Origin: Octopus bimaculoides
Lineage: Eukaryota
Direction of reading: 5' to 3'
Assembly: GCF_001194135.2 (NCBI RefSeq)
Contig: NC_068981.1
Coordinates: 14,988,592 to 15,052,591 of the forward strand
Length of the DNA: 64,000 nt
Positions within the stretch are counted from its first letter, which is position 1, and the number at the start of each line of letters is the position of its first letter. The notes under the pieces were generated by a model. The model made no database searches, was not told where the DNA came from, and was given only the letters and a program-made list of their open reading frames with translations. Positions 50,761-63,286 of the stretch are shown here, in pieces. The position numbers and the translations under genes are program-made.

Positions 50761-53700
50761 TACAACAGGCAAAAAATTGCCAACACACAGGCTAAGACTT
50801 ATCGATGAGGAATTCACAAAGTTGTAGGTGCAAAAATATGATAGAACAGATCTGCATTACTTGTGTTCTTGCTATTGTTATAGGAAACGTGAATATCTCT
50901 CTACATAAAAATACTCATTCTGTGTGTTTCATTTTTTTTTTTCAACAAAGTTTTACTTTTTTCTCTTTCTTTTTGTCTTATTTTTGCGTAGCTGTCACGG
51001 ATTTTCTTTTCAGACTGCGTCTTGCCGACAAGTTTTGTTGAATGTCAGATAATAAAAAAAGTGTAAACATGTTTTTTCGCACAATGGATGAAAAATGTAT
51101 CAAACAAAATCTGCTCAACTTTTGTGGATTACTTCGTACGAACTGACACTGATTAAATCATACGCATATATTTTTACGAAAAGATATTTACAAAAACTAA
51201 TTCTCAAAACGAGCGCATTGCAGTACCTAGGTGATCGAAAATCGAACGTTTTAGTGAATACTTTATATATTTAGCCATAATATTACAATGAAAGTTATCC
51301 CATGATTATATAACACCAACAGAAAGGAGGTGACAGTCACAAGACTATTACTCATAGAATAGCAAAAGTACTATAGTCATATATGTTAATATATGCCGAT
51401 AAATAGTTCAAGGCTAATCGCGCATTGCTTGTAACCCAAAATCAAATACGAACCTTCATCAATAATGGAGTTTAGGCAAACAAAAACGTGCAACAAAATA
51501 TTAAAGCGGAGTGAGGAAGGTAAACGTGAAAATCAAGACATTCAAACCATCAAATTCATATCTGGTTGAATCATTAGCTTTTAAAGCGACACTAGTATTG
51601 CGTTTGCTAGATAAGAGTGATTTTCTTTGTATTGCTTTGAATAGCCACCTAACAGAAAAAGCAAAAACCTATAACAGACAAGTAATTCAGAAAAGTCTTT
51701 TATATATGTGAATATATGTTTATGTATGCAAATATATATACATATATGTAAATATGTGTGTGTGTGTGTGCGTGTGTGTATGATTGCGTGTGCTTGTGTC
51801 TATGTGTGCGCCTATGCACAATATTAGGATAAAGTCAATCAGAGGTTGATCAAAGTTTACTTCCGATAACAAGCGGTCGTATTCGAGATTCCTCCTTCAA
51901 ACCAAAAATCTTGCTTCCTCCTTCAAACCAAAAAACAATTTTTCCGCTGTTTCTGTAGCACCAAACATTAGGCCCAACTCATGGGAGCTTCTATATATTC
52001 AACATATGTCCACTCACAGATATCGAAGCTGCTCTTTCCCAAGACTCGTGTTTTCCCTACCTCTTGCAGTTACTCTACAATGCAATGCTTTCTTATTTAC
52101 ACCCTCTACCATATTACCCGCTTCTCGTTAAGTGTACGAAACAAGTCCTACTTCTTTTTGCCATTTCCCATCTGACCTCGACACGACCGGTTTCTCTTCT
52201 CTCTTGGCCCTTCAGTCAATTATAAGTGCTCGCAACCTACGCACGTTTAGAAAACAGAATATATTTTGTAACATCTAGATTTTAAAAAATTCAGATTAAT
52301 GTAGTCATGACATTTAAGTTGAGCTAAATTTTGCCATTAACATATCGAAAGGGGACACAAAAAAGCCCCGTGTATATAGGTTAATGTTATTTAAGAATCT
52401 ACAAACCCTAAATACATTCCGTGTGATGTTGGAAATAATCTAGCGAGTCATCTCCAGTTAAGCTTTCTTCTTCTTTTATTCATTATATCATCATCTAAAA
52501 ATGAGTTGGAAAATATTTTCTGGTTTCTACACGTTCAAGATCGATATTTAATTTGAATATATAGGTCTAACGGTGAAACGACTTGTACGCGAAAATATAT
52601 TCATTTAATTGAGGTATATAATGAATATTAATGATTTGATTATTGATTGATTTGCGAACATAATCGACCATGCTAACTTAATTTAATATGGAAAAAAAAA
52701 GACTTGAAGTCTGTAAAGCCGATTAAATTGAATATTATATTCTGATATAGAAAATAGAGTTTTAGCCTGTCACGAAGTAGTTTCCGTTTTTCAGAAAGTA
52801 CATAATGTAGTATAAATCAAAGGAAAATTAAAATGTTCATTATCCCAATCAATAAAGTTTCTAGTGAAAACATTCATGATGAGATGCAATTTTATATTAT
52901 ATTCTACCTTAATATTATGTCGTCATTTTGATAACAGTAATCACAGCGTTTGCGAGGAAACAACAGTCAAGAAAACCTTAATAATACGCTATAAAAATCG
53001 TGGAGTTATCAGGACACATTCTTGAATAAACAACTTTTAGTCTTTAAGCTGACACTGGAATTCTTTGTCTTGCAAAATGACAGGTTGAATTTGCAAATGT
53101 ACCCAAGCCTGAAATATAATCCGAATAAATACGGATATTTGTAGAAGTAAGGACTGCAAAGTTTTACTGTGGTTAAGAATTAAATAGACAGTTGTGTCTG
53201 CTAGAAAGAAAATCAATACCAATGATATATAATTTTAAAGAAATCACGCAACAAATAGCTCTTCGAATTTCTAAAGACGTTTCAAACATTTTATTAAGAT
53301 ACGTGCTATTGAGTAACTCCTGTGTCATTCTCACTGAGAATTATAAGTATTGCTTTGTTTAAATTTTTGTGATATAGTTCAATGTTCGATCGATTGTGTG
53401 ATGTGAATCAGTGTATTTATTCTTGTATATACGTTCACACACACGCACACATATATTTACATGTATACATTTATCTATATGTATGTGTGAATATTTGTGT
53501 TGGTTGGTAGACAAATCACTGCTTTTCAGCCCCACTCTGGGCCAAATAGGAAAGTAAACACATTTCCTTTGCAAATGATGTGAGGATAAAAGAGTTTCGA
53601 ATTGTCTGTGGAACGTCACTGATAATACGTTAAATAAAAAAGTTATAAATTTGGTTACCATTGTAAGACTACCTTTGTCTTTATAAATGTCCTAGAAATT

Positions 53701-54093
53701 TCACATTGCCTTGGCTTTGTTGTCCTATTTTATTTAACATATAGACGTTCAAACGTGACCCGCATTAGACTCCTCACTCATACTATTATCGAACCGGGAG
53801 TCTAACAGTGGTCCTTTTGTAGCACTTACATAGTGTTATCTGCCTTTTGAGTCTTCTGGATACCAAAACCTCCCATATTACCTTTTCACAAGAGGAAATC
53901 TAAACACAGTTTAATTTTGAATAATCAGTATACACATAAACAGTACAAACATCACTGTAGAAAAATGAGAAGAGTAGTACATTCTTTCTGTCCTACTGAT
54001 AGGCAGAAATTAGAGGGGAGTAAAAGAACAAGGAAGAATTTAACTACATTATGCTGATAGATATGCTGTAGTTTCGGATACATTAGAGTAGGC

Positions 54094-54593
54094 CAGGGGT
54101 CACCAAAGTAAGTCCGAGGGACCCCCTATGGGTCAGCGAGGAATTACAGGGTTTCACGATAGCCAAGGGGTCGAATGGTGGTCGGCCTGAGAAAGACCAA
54201 CTCACCCTGAGGAACTGCTTGAAATACATCGTCAGCGCCATGCTCATTCCTCACGTTGATGTTGTCGATTTCAATAAAATATATCCAGCAATATGATGCG
54301 TTTTTCACATTTTCTCACCGTGAACACAATTTCATAAAAACTGAAAGTTTAACACTGTATACTCGTACACATCGTTTTAAATGTAAAATATGTCAGCTTC
54401 AATAGAATTTCTTAATTTGTCGTACATGTATATTTTAGCTAACATTTTAATTGACAGTTTCATTACCCAGTACGCATTTAAGATATGGTACGGTAGGGTA
54501 GAGCATTAAGATATTTTAAATGATGAGAGTTGTCGATCCGGAAGGAGAAGTGGCTAAAGGGGATAGATGGTCGAAAAAGTTTGGTGACCCCTG
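54094..54593. mobile_element. Non-autonomous hAT-type DNA transposon (500 bp MITE)
   Basis: Perfect 14 bp terminal inverted repeats CAGGGGTCACCAAA / TTTGGTGACCCCTG, and an 8 bp TSD gagtaggc / ttgtaggc (6/8). Confidence 0.85.
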
Positions 54594-54852
54594 TTGTAGG
54601 CCATTTATGGATGTTTAGCTTTTACGCTCGTGTTTTTGTCATAACGACCAAAGTGATGCGAAATATTCGTCTTTCACGGAGTCAGTCATAATAGTTGTAC
54701 TCTCATGCTTCTGCGCATCAGTGATATAAAATAGACATGCATTTACTTTTTCTTTTATTTCAACAATAGTACAGCGTCGTACTGTTTTGATTTATTTGTA
54801 CTCTTCTCGGTTATGCTTGCATAGTTACTTGTGCATAACAACACACACACAT

Positions 54853-54904
<52 letters not shown>

Positions 54905-55669
54905 CTATATGTATATATATATGCACATAATTGTGTATCTATATTAATATATACTTATATATCTATGTGTACATATGGTGAGTGTGTAAGTAGGCGCAGA
55001 ACGGTGAAACTGAAAACAACTTCCTTTCACAAGCTTGAAAGACGGGCTTAGATCACCTTGCACGATAGCCATGCAATACTTTGTGATGTAAATTGTATAG
55101 AGTGTAATTCAACTAACACTAATTCATTATTGAACCTGTGAATTAAAACAGTCTTGCCACAACGATTCCGTTTTAGAATTACAACAAGAGAACAAGTGCT
55201 TGAGAAACAATCAGTTACACGATAAGCAGCACATAGTAGGAATAATCAAACAAACCAATCCTCTTTAGGTGAGACACAAAGGGCTTATATATATATATAT
55301 GTTAATTTGTTTTTACGTTCCACTAAAAAAAAATGGATATGCCCACAGATAATTTTACCTTGCAAAATCAGATGCTTATAATGCCGATGTGTTTACTTAG
55401 ATAGGCGAACACAGACACAAATATGTACAAATACTTGTATANNNNNNNNNNNNNNNNNNNNNNNNNNNNNNNNNNNNNNNNNNNNNNNNNNNNNNNNNNN
55501 NNNNNNNNNNNNNNNNNNNNNNNNNNNNNNNNNNNNNNNNNNNNNNNNNNNNNNNNNNNNNNNNNNNNNNNNNNNNNNNNNNNNNNNNNNNNNNNNNNNN
55601 NNNNNNNNNNNNNNNNNNNNNNNNNNNNNNNNNNNNNNNNNNNNNNNNNNNNNNNNNNNNNNNNNNNNN

Positions 55670-55889
55670 CGGTAAGTTCGTGCCGATTTTTAAGGGGAAG
55701 AAAAAGGTCAATAAGTACTTGCCACTACATTTTTAATCAACCAAATATGAACCATTTTGTTGCACAATGCGTCTCCATCTTTCCTTTAACTTGAAACTAC
55801 CCTCTTCCCAGAATTGAGGTGGTTTCATGGCAAATAAGTTGAAAGGAAAGCTACAATAAATCGACACGAACTTTCCGGAAGACCCAATA
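55670..55889. mobile_element. Mariner-derived MITE, left end lost in the gap
   Basis: cggtaagttcgtgccgattt pairs with aaatcgacacgaactttccggaagacccaa, followed by TA. Confidence 0.75.
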
Positions 55890-56429
55890 TATTAATATGC
55901 ATGTGTGTGTGTGTGTGTGTGTGTTTGCATTTGTGTAAGCTTCGTGCATACTTGTATGAGTATCTGTGCGATTAAATAATTCTGTTAGCGTAGTTGCAAA
56001 GAGATATTTATGGATGCTAAAAACATTAGAATTCGACTATATATCGTCATGTAACCAAACCGTGTGTTAGTAAAGGCAAGTTAATTTTTTCAGGATATTG
56101 GAATCGATTTCCAGTGCAAAGCAATAAATATATTTCACGGGATATTTTAGTCCCAACCTAAAGATAGATTTGTCCCGATTCTCTCGATACTTGTTAAGTC
56201 TTGCTTTAAGATATGTGTGCATATTTTAGTAAAGAGTTTCACGCTAACACAGATACTCCTGATACGCGAACACAGATATTGAGTGTACACATAGACACAC
56301 ACTCATATATTCATTCATTTATTCAGTTCTCATTGTGCCTTGTGAAATTTGAGGCGACAGCAAGATCATTCCACCTTCTAACACTGAGTGCATCCTTAAC
56401 AGCTGGTTCCATTCTTAACCCTCTGATTT

Positions 56430-56900
56430 TATAATATTTTGTTATTGTCTACCGTCACGTTTCCTTTAGTGGCCACGTCTTCTTTTACCTTGTGGAAACC
56501 ATTGGAAATCGACCCTGACAACTGAGTTCAGTTTATAGCGACAAACTCGACCTAACCATTCCTATTTCCATACTTCAATAGTTTCTCTTATTGGCTTCAT
56601 ATTAGCCTTCGTATGTAGTTGGCTACTGGAGATCATATTCAGCCAGTAAACCTTCAAAATTATCTGTAAACATTTATTTTGAAACACCTCCAATTTCTTT
56701 TCGATACTTTTTTTATTGTTTTCCAACATTCAGATCCATAGACCGGGATGCTAAGTTTGGTGCTTTTGTAAAATCGTATTTTTGGTGCTCTTGATAAGTA
56801 TTGATGAGATTAAAATATCGAATGTTTGGTTGAGATTGCTGATACTTGTATCTGTTTCATGAAAGCATTCACGATCCATTGTTATTCCATTCATACACAC
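56430..56900 (-). mobile_element. RTE LINE 3' end fragment
   Basis: VYGSECWKT..EKKLEVFQNKCLQIILKVYW..IS...EWLGRVCR...WFPQGKRRRG, the canonical RTE C-terminus. Confidence 0.9.
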
Positions 56901-57464
56901 ATATCGTAAAATATAATTGGCAAATAATCGCTCAGAGATTTCATATTGCCTATACGAGCGCGCGCACGCACACATACACACACGCGCACGCACGCACACA
57001 TACACACACGCACACACACACACACTCACACAAACACACACACTCACACACATATATATGTATGTATAAATATTATATTTTATAGAAGTCCCTTAGCAGA
57101 CCTCAAAAGATTCAAACTCATTCTTCGATGTCTTTACAAAAATCATTTCACAAGGTATACAATGCTATAAGAGGGGTTAGGTTGAACGAGTATAGAAGCA
57201 ATTATTGAGATAAGCAAATTAGACACATCAAATTCATTAAATGTATTAAATACATAAAATACAAAATATATTTGTATTTATACACGCAAAGCTTGAGAAA
57301 GCAAAAAGTGGAAACTTTCAGATGATGAATTTATTTGTATAAGTCTATATATTTATATGAATATGTCCAACATGCACATAGTACGAATGACATTCATATT
57401 CTGTGTAAGTCAGAACTATTTATATGAATATATACATGAATTTAAAGCATATATATACATATAT

Positions 57465-57896
57465 ATTCCTAGGATATTTTTCGATGTTATTGCTAAGGTT
57501 AGTGTCTGGAATCGAACTCGAAATCTTAGGAGTAGTAGTCCGCGCTCTTAACCACTATGCCATATGCCTATGTGCAATTATGGAGTGAATTTTAGGGCTT
57601 ATAAATCTAATATTTTCCTATCCTTCCTTAATACCGGTTCCTATACGTTACTCATATCTGCACTCGGTTTGCTTAGGAGGTTGTTGTGTCCTAGCATATG
57701 TGATGCTCCTTTCAGTTTTCATATTTTCCATTGGTGTTTTGTATCTAACATCGAAAAAATACCTTAGGAATGAGAACCCAGATTCGAAATTTCCCCCAGA
57801 TACCCGATGAAGGCTGCAGAATATATCAGCCGAAACGTTGTGTTAACACCAAACAAGATGAGGTCAAATATCCGTCAAATGTAAATAATGTAAATA
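57465..57896. mobile_element. tRNA-headed, hammerhead-bearing element with inverted arms (left arm truncated)
   Basis: tRNA-like head on the minus strand at 57505-57568, inverted copies at 57465-57489 and 57746-57771, HHR on the plus strand at 57800-57843, (atgtaaata)2 tail. Confidence 0.75.
57800..57843 (+). ncRNA. Minimal type I hammerhead ribozyme (U4C variant in this copy)
   Basis: Stem I AUAC/GUGU, core CCGAUGA(A), stem II GGCUG/CAGCC, GAAA, palindromic ACGU stem III, GUU triplet. Confidence 0.7.
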
Positions 57897-58194
57897 GTAT
57901 ACTATTTTTATTCCTTTATAAACTGTGAATTCCCTGTCTAGAACTTCCATACATACTCACCTTGACATTGATGACGGAATACCCAGTGTATGGAGATGCT
58001 AACTAAATACTTGGGATATCCTCAAATCAGCTGTTAGAATCCAATAATTAATTAATTAACTCATTAATCAGTTAATTACTTTAAATACACCTCTCTCTGA
58101 ATATTCTAAATAACGGGAGATACTCGTCCTGCCTCGGTTTTGTTGTCCACTTTGCTCTAACGCACACACATACACACACGCACACACACATACA

Positions 58195-58335
58195 CATCTT
58201 CCAGATCCACTCACGAAGCTTTGGTCAGACCGAAACCACAGAAGAGGATACTTACACAAAGCCATGTAGTAGGACTGAACCTGGAGCCACACTTATCGGG
58301 AACAAGATTCTTTACCATAGAGACACCCCTATGCC
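58195..58335 (-). mobile_element. SINE family A head, decayed
   Basis: ccagatccactcacgaagctttggtcagaccg...ggactgaacctggagccac...acccctatgcc is the reverse complement of the 43154-43290 head. Confidence 0.7.
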
Positions 58336-59574
58336 TGTAAATATAAATATATGTGTGTGTGCGCGCACGCGAATGTATTTGAGCAAAATGTACAAAAAAA
58401 CGAGGGTGGACGAGTATCTCAAATCATTTAAAATATTTAACTAGAGTAAGGTGTATATGAGGCGTGTGGTGTGTGTATGTGTGTATGTGCGTGTGTATGC
58501 GTGCACGTGCTCACGTCTTTATGTTCGTGTTTATCCCCGATCCACAGCTTTAGAACTGGTGCTGGCGTGTTCACGTCTCTGTAAATTAACAATTCGTGGA
58601 ACTGATTCGCTATACTGAAGCCTTAAATGCGGTTACCTAGCATATCTGCTGACCATTGTCTGAATCATGTTATAGAGGAAAGATATATAATTGTACAAAA
58701 ATACATTGATAAATTTGGCATAAAACTGCTTTTACTTGAGTGAAACATTCTTTGAGAGTATATTATAAAAGTTATATTATATATAATCCTTTCTATTGCA
58801 GCATATATAATGCATAACTTACGATTCCAAATTATCGCTGTTTGGTATTTAATAATTTACATTTATCAGCATTCAGTCACTTGCACATTTCTAGTGTTTA
58901 AGGTGAGAATATAAAATATAAGAAGCAATGCTAGGTTATTAATAAATAAAGAGGTCTTTAAACAAAATATTATCACTAATACATATATACGATTTATTCA
59001 CAGAGTTTTATGTAATTTGCATGAATTAAAAGACAATTTTATGTGATTAATATAAAGTAAAATGTTTTAAGAATGTATGATTGATGGGGTTCATAGTAGA
59101 TAGAATTGCACCTAGAACTTATTTAGTTGTATGCACATACATTAAATAGCAAATGGTGGAAAAGCTAAATTTATGCAACCAGATTCGATGAAGTACCTAT
59201 CAATTATTAAGATTTTCGTAATTGATAATATTACTAGAAATGCTACAACATCATTCTAAACGAGGATTAACGATTTAAGAATATGGATCCTCTCTTCAGG
59301 TATATATATTAATGTTTCCTTCCAACACACACACACATACACACAGACAAAAACACACGCATATAAGCACACAAACACCCACCAAAACAAACATGCACAC
59401 ACACACCGGAATTTATGTGTGTACATAAATTTAATTGGTGTGCACGCACACACCCGCACATAGACACATATGTATGTGTATGTATGCATGTATGTATGTA
59501 TATATGGTAAAAAAATTAATGAGTGTGTGCGTTACATAAATAATATTTTCAGGATTAAACAAAACGTGATTTGT

Positions 59575-59750
59575 GACGGCCTAAGGCGGTATCATTCTTT
59601 TTCCCGTTGCCTTCGGCGGACTGGTCATGATTTTCTGAGTTCCTCGCTCTAAGCATCCCGTGTTTATAGTCATTCAGGGCAGTTTTCATTTCTCCTACGG
59701 GGTACCCATTTTTTGGTATTGTCTTGGAGCCCTAAGTCTTTTTTGGTTGC
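59575..59750 (-). mobile_element. Possible PLE thumb-region remnant
   Basis: Minus frame KNGYPVGEMKTALN contains the PLE-typical NGYP motif. Nothing else supports it. Confidence 0.3.
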
Positions 59751-60147
59751 TACATATTAATTATTATTCTTTTAATTGTTGCCCTAAGCCTTAATTTTGT
59801 TTATTGTTTTGTCTCTCGTCTCTGATGCATCCCGTTTTGTTAAGCTTTGGTCCTATTACTAGCACGTTTCGATAATGGCCGAAATTGCGCTTGACCGTCT
59901 GGCTGATAAGTAAAGAGGAGGTGATGAACTTCTGTGTTTTCTGTTCGTCTGTGTATTTAGTATATGTACAGGTTTTTTTTAATTATATGTGTGTGTGCGT
60001 GCGTGTNNNNNNNNNNNNNNNNNNNNNNNNNNNNNNNNNNNNNNNNNNNNNNNNNNNNNNNNNNNNNNNNNNNNNNNNNNNNNNNNNNNNNNNNNNNNNN
60101 NNNNNNNNNNNNNNNNNNNNNNNNNNNNNNNNNNNNNNNNNNNNNNN

Positions 60148-60195
<48 letters not shown>

Positions 60196-62038
60196 ATATA
60201 TATATTTATCATCACCCCACATGCATTACCTACACTACTAACAGGTTCACGTACGTGGGAGCACAAGTATTTTCTTCAGTCATGCCTGAAGAACGTACTT
60301 GGATTTCCATGTACGTGAATCTGTTAATAGCGTGATTTATGCATGTATGGTAAGCGTATGAAACAATATTATTACTCTCGCTAGATGGAGTACTCTTTTT
60401 GTAGAACCTTATTTCACGGATCAACTCATATGTATATATATATACGTCTCTGACGAAACACCGAATGGATTAGGAAAATATGAACAGCTTCTACCACATT
60501 TTTGTTCGCAGCTATTCTATAGACGATTTGTTGTTTGACAATAGTTGTAACACGCAGTGATAGATAGCAAAAATACTATACAACAATGCATATATTCTGG
60601 AGTACATTATATCTATTTATACTTAACAGTTCAACATTTCTGATGTCCCATTTGACAACTTGCCAGTCGGCAAGATATTATCTTAATCTATTAATTCTAA
60701 ATTAGCTGATCAATTTCATATAGCAGATGTCTTTACGTATCTGAGTAAAACTGAGTATCATTATAACGACTAAAAATAAATAGCAGTTTACTTATTCGTT
60801 AAAACGTTGATGGTTTAGAAGATATGTACCATATTGTGTACAAGTTTTCGCGTATATGGTTACACAAATGTAATGACAATATTAATTACAGATTAATTAG
60901 GTTTGTTGGTTTTTACGGAAATAAATGTCAGTTCATCTAATTATGGTGTTACAAAAATGAGTCGTAATTAATACGTAATAAAGAAAAAGTAACTGAATAC
61001 GTATAGATTTAAAATACTGTCATAGTTTTATGATTTATATAAATTATATTGCTTAAGCATAGACTTGTAGTACAATAAATATAATTTACAAGAACAGCTT
61101 ATGCATTAAAAACAGAAAAATATACACAAGGGAATTACTAAGGATTTGTTTTCAGAAAGTGCAGGGACGATTGTTTTGCGATGAACTATTTGGAACCGAC
61201 TATATATGAATAGAAATTTTGCAAAATATTGAAGACACTTAAGTTTCTTTTATTTTTATTGTGCATTATATTTGTTGTTGCCATTGCTACATGCTGATGA
61301 GCTAACACATTATTAAAGCATTGATGAGAGTACCGCTAAAATCTCTTTTTCACATATATGAAAATGAATCTTTACGTAATGTAATCCTATATAAGGTATA
61401 TACAGTTTGAAAAACCTTTACTTGCTCTTCTTTCTCCCCATTTCATTCTTGCTTCTGTTGTTCTTCGCCTCTCCCCTTCACTGTCTCTCTTTGCTCTCCT
61501 ATATTCTACTTCTTCCCATGTTTTTCTCCCTCTACCAATCTTTCCCCTTACCCCTCGCTGGCCACATGTGTCCGGCTACTTATTCCTTTCCGATCTTGGC
61601 CATTGCTAAACTCGCACGAACTTTTTCTCTCTTCATTCCAGTTCGTCACATCACAGCGTTCAGTATGCATATATATTTTTCCCGTCTGGCCTTATAGCCC
61701 TTCTTGTTTATTTTCACTGTTTCATTTTCCTGTCTTGTTTTCTGTTCGCCACTACATCCCTCCGCGTTACAAATTAAATTTGTTTCTACGGGAAGAGCCG
61801 TTCTAACAATGCGTCCTGCTCTAACTCTTCGAAACACTTAGTTTTAGAATGGTGGCAGCTGATAAAGGAAATGTTCTATATGTGGCCTGTGTGTTTTCTG
61901 TGCTCTGTTTACGTTCTGTTTCTCATTTTGTCCATGTTTTTTGCAATGTCCTGTACCCATATATGCATCTATATATACATGTAGATGTAGTTATGTACGT
62001 TCATGTTCGTATATATGCATATACTCACAAATTATTTG

Positions 62039-62080
<42 letters not shown>

Positions 62081-62459
62081 NNNNNNNNNNNNNNNNNNNN
62101 NNNNNNNNNNNNNNNNNNNNNNNNNNNNNNNNNNNNNNNNNNNNNNNNNNNNNNNNNNNNNNNNNNNNNNNNNNNNNNNNNNNNNNNNNNNNNNNNNNNN
62201 NNNNNNNNNNNNNNNNNNNNNNNNNNNNNNNNNNNNNNNNNNNNNNNNNNNNNNNNNNNNNNNNNNNNNNNNNNNNNNNNNNNNNNNNNNNNNNNNNNNN
62301 NNNNNNNNNNNNNNNNNNNNNNNNNNNNNNNNNNNNNNNNNNNNNNNNNNNNNNNNNNNNNNNNNNNNNNNNNNNNNNNNNNNNNNNNNNNNNNNNNNNN
62401 NNNNNNNNNNNTTTAACGAAAAAAGAAGCTTATTTACCAAAGTTTTAACATCATCTGCT

Positions 62460-63286
62460 TCGCAATAGTAACATTGCGCAACAATACACCGGTCCTATCG
62501 TTCCTGCGCACTTTTGGAATCAAACCAGGAACTCGTTTTCCGTAAGCGAGTCGAAGACCTTCTTCGATTCTCGCTGGATCTTGACAACGGTGGTAAAACA
62601 GTGAACTTCGAGCTGAGTTTACATCTTGAAAAAAAAAAAAAATAGAAGTCCGCAGGTGTTAAATCTAGTGAATAGTGTGGGTGTGGAAGTGATACCATGT
62701 TGCTTTTTGCGTGAAACTCACGAGGGATGGGAGCTTGGTGACAGAGTGCGTGAATCATTCAGTACATCTGGTTCCATACATGCGGTCGCTTTCACCAAAT
62801 GTCTCCGTCAGACGCTTCAAAATGTTGTTGATTGTCCTCGACGATCCTCATGCACAAGCTGATTAATTTTCTTCCAATTTCCGGGGGTGTCGCTCGTGGA
62901 ATGTCCTCCAGATATTTCATCGTCTTCCGGGGACGTTCTTCCGCTTTTGAAGCGCTCGTGTCACTTGAAACTTTGCGTACAACCCATTGCATCATTGACG
63001 TAAGCTTGACGAAGCATCTTCAATATCTCTGTAGCAGACGTTCCAAGTTTACCGCATAATTTCATGTGGGCTCTTTGTTCCAACTTCCTGTTTATGACAA
63101 TAATCGTAGAGAACAGCTTACACGTTATCACAAAAAACACGAAAGTCACAACTTGTGAAGTAAACACAGCAATGTTGCTCGACACACTGCCTAATGAACG
63201 TCACTGCTAGTTCTCACTGCACACGCGACCGTGTGCCGCCATCTGTTGCCGCACTACATAGCTAGTCCGGGAAATTGTTGATACAC
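62460..63286 (-). mobile_element. Internally deleted mariner transposon
   Basis: LEQRAHMKLCGKLGTSATEILKMLRQAY (HTH), EDIPR..P, KRP..W, LPHPHYSLDLTPADFYFF (YSPDLAP.D-like), terminal RCIVAQCYY, TIR-like gtgtatcaacaatttcccggact at 63264-63286. Confidence 0.9.

Noticed and set aside
56488-56662. Apparent minus-strand exon with AG/GTAAAA ends
   Set aside because: The frame contains a stop and is the RTE LINE C-terminus. It shows that splice-like signals arise by chance here, hence the low confidence on the other exon calls.
27480-57568. tRNA genes at 27480-27561, 43154-43225 and 57505-57568
   Set aside because: A/B boxes are present but there is no complete cloverleaf, and each is fused to a repeat body. 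They are SINE heads.
59820-59905. Hammerhead-like fragments (ctgatgc, ggccgaaa, gaaacgtg)
   Set aside because: The motifs are not in a consistent order on one strand.
1238-62468. Many long ORFs in the supplied track (X-rich, or YI/CV/HT/SL repeats)
   Set aside because: They are artefacts of N-gaps and dinucleotide microsatellites, which lack stop codons.
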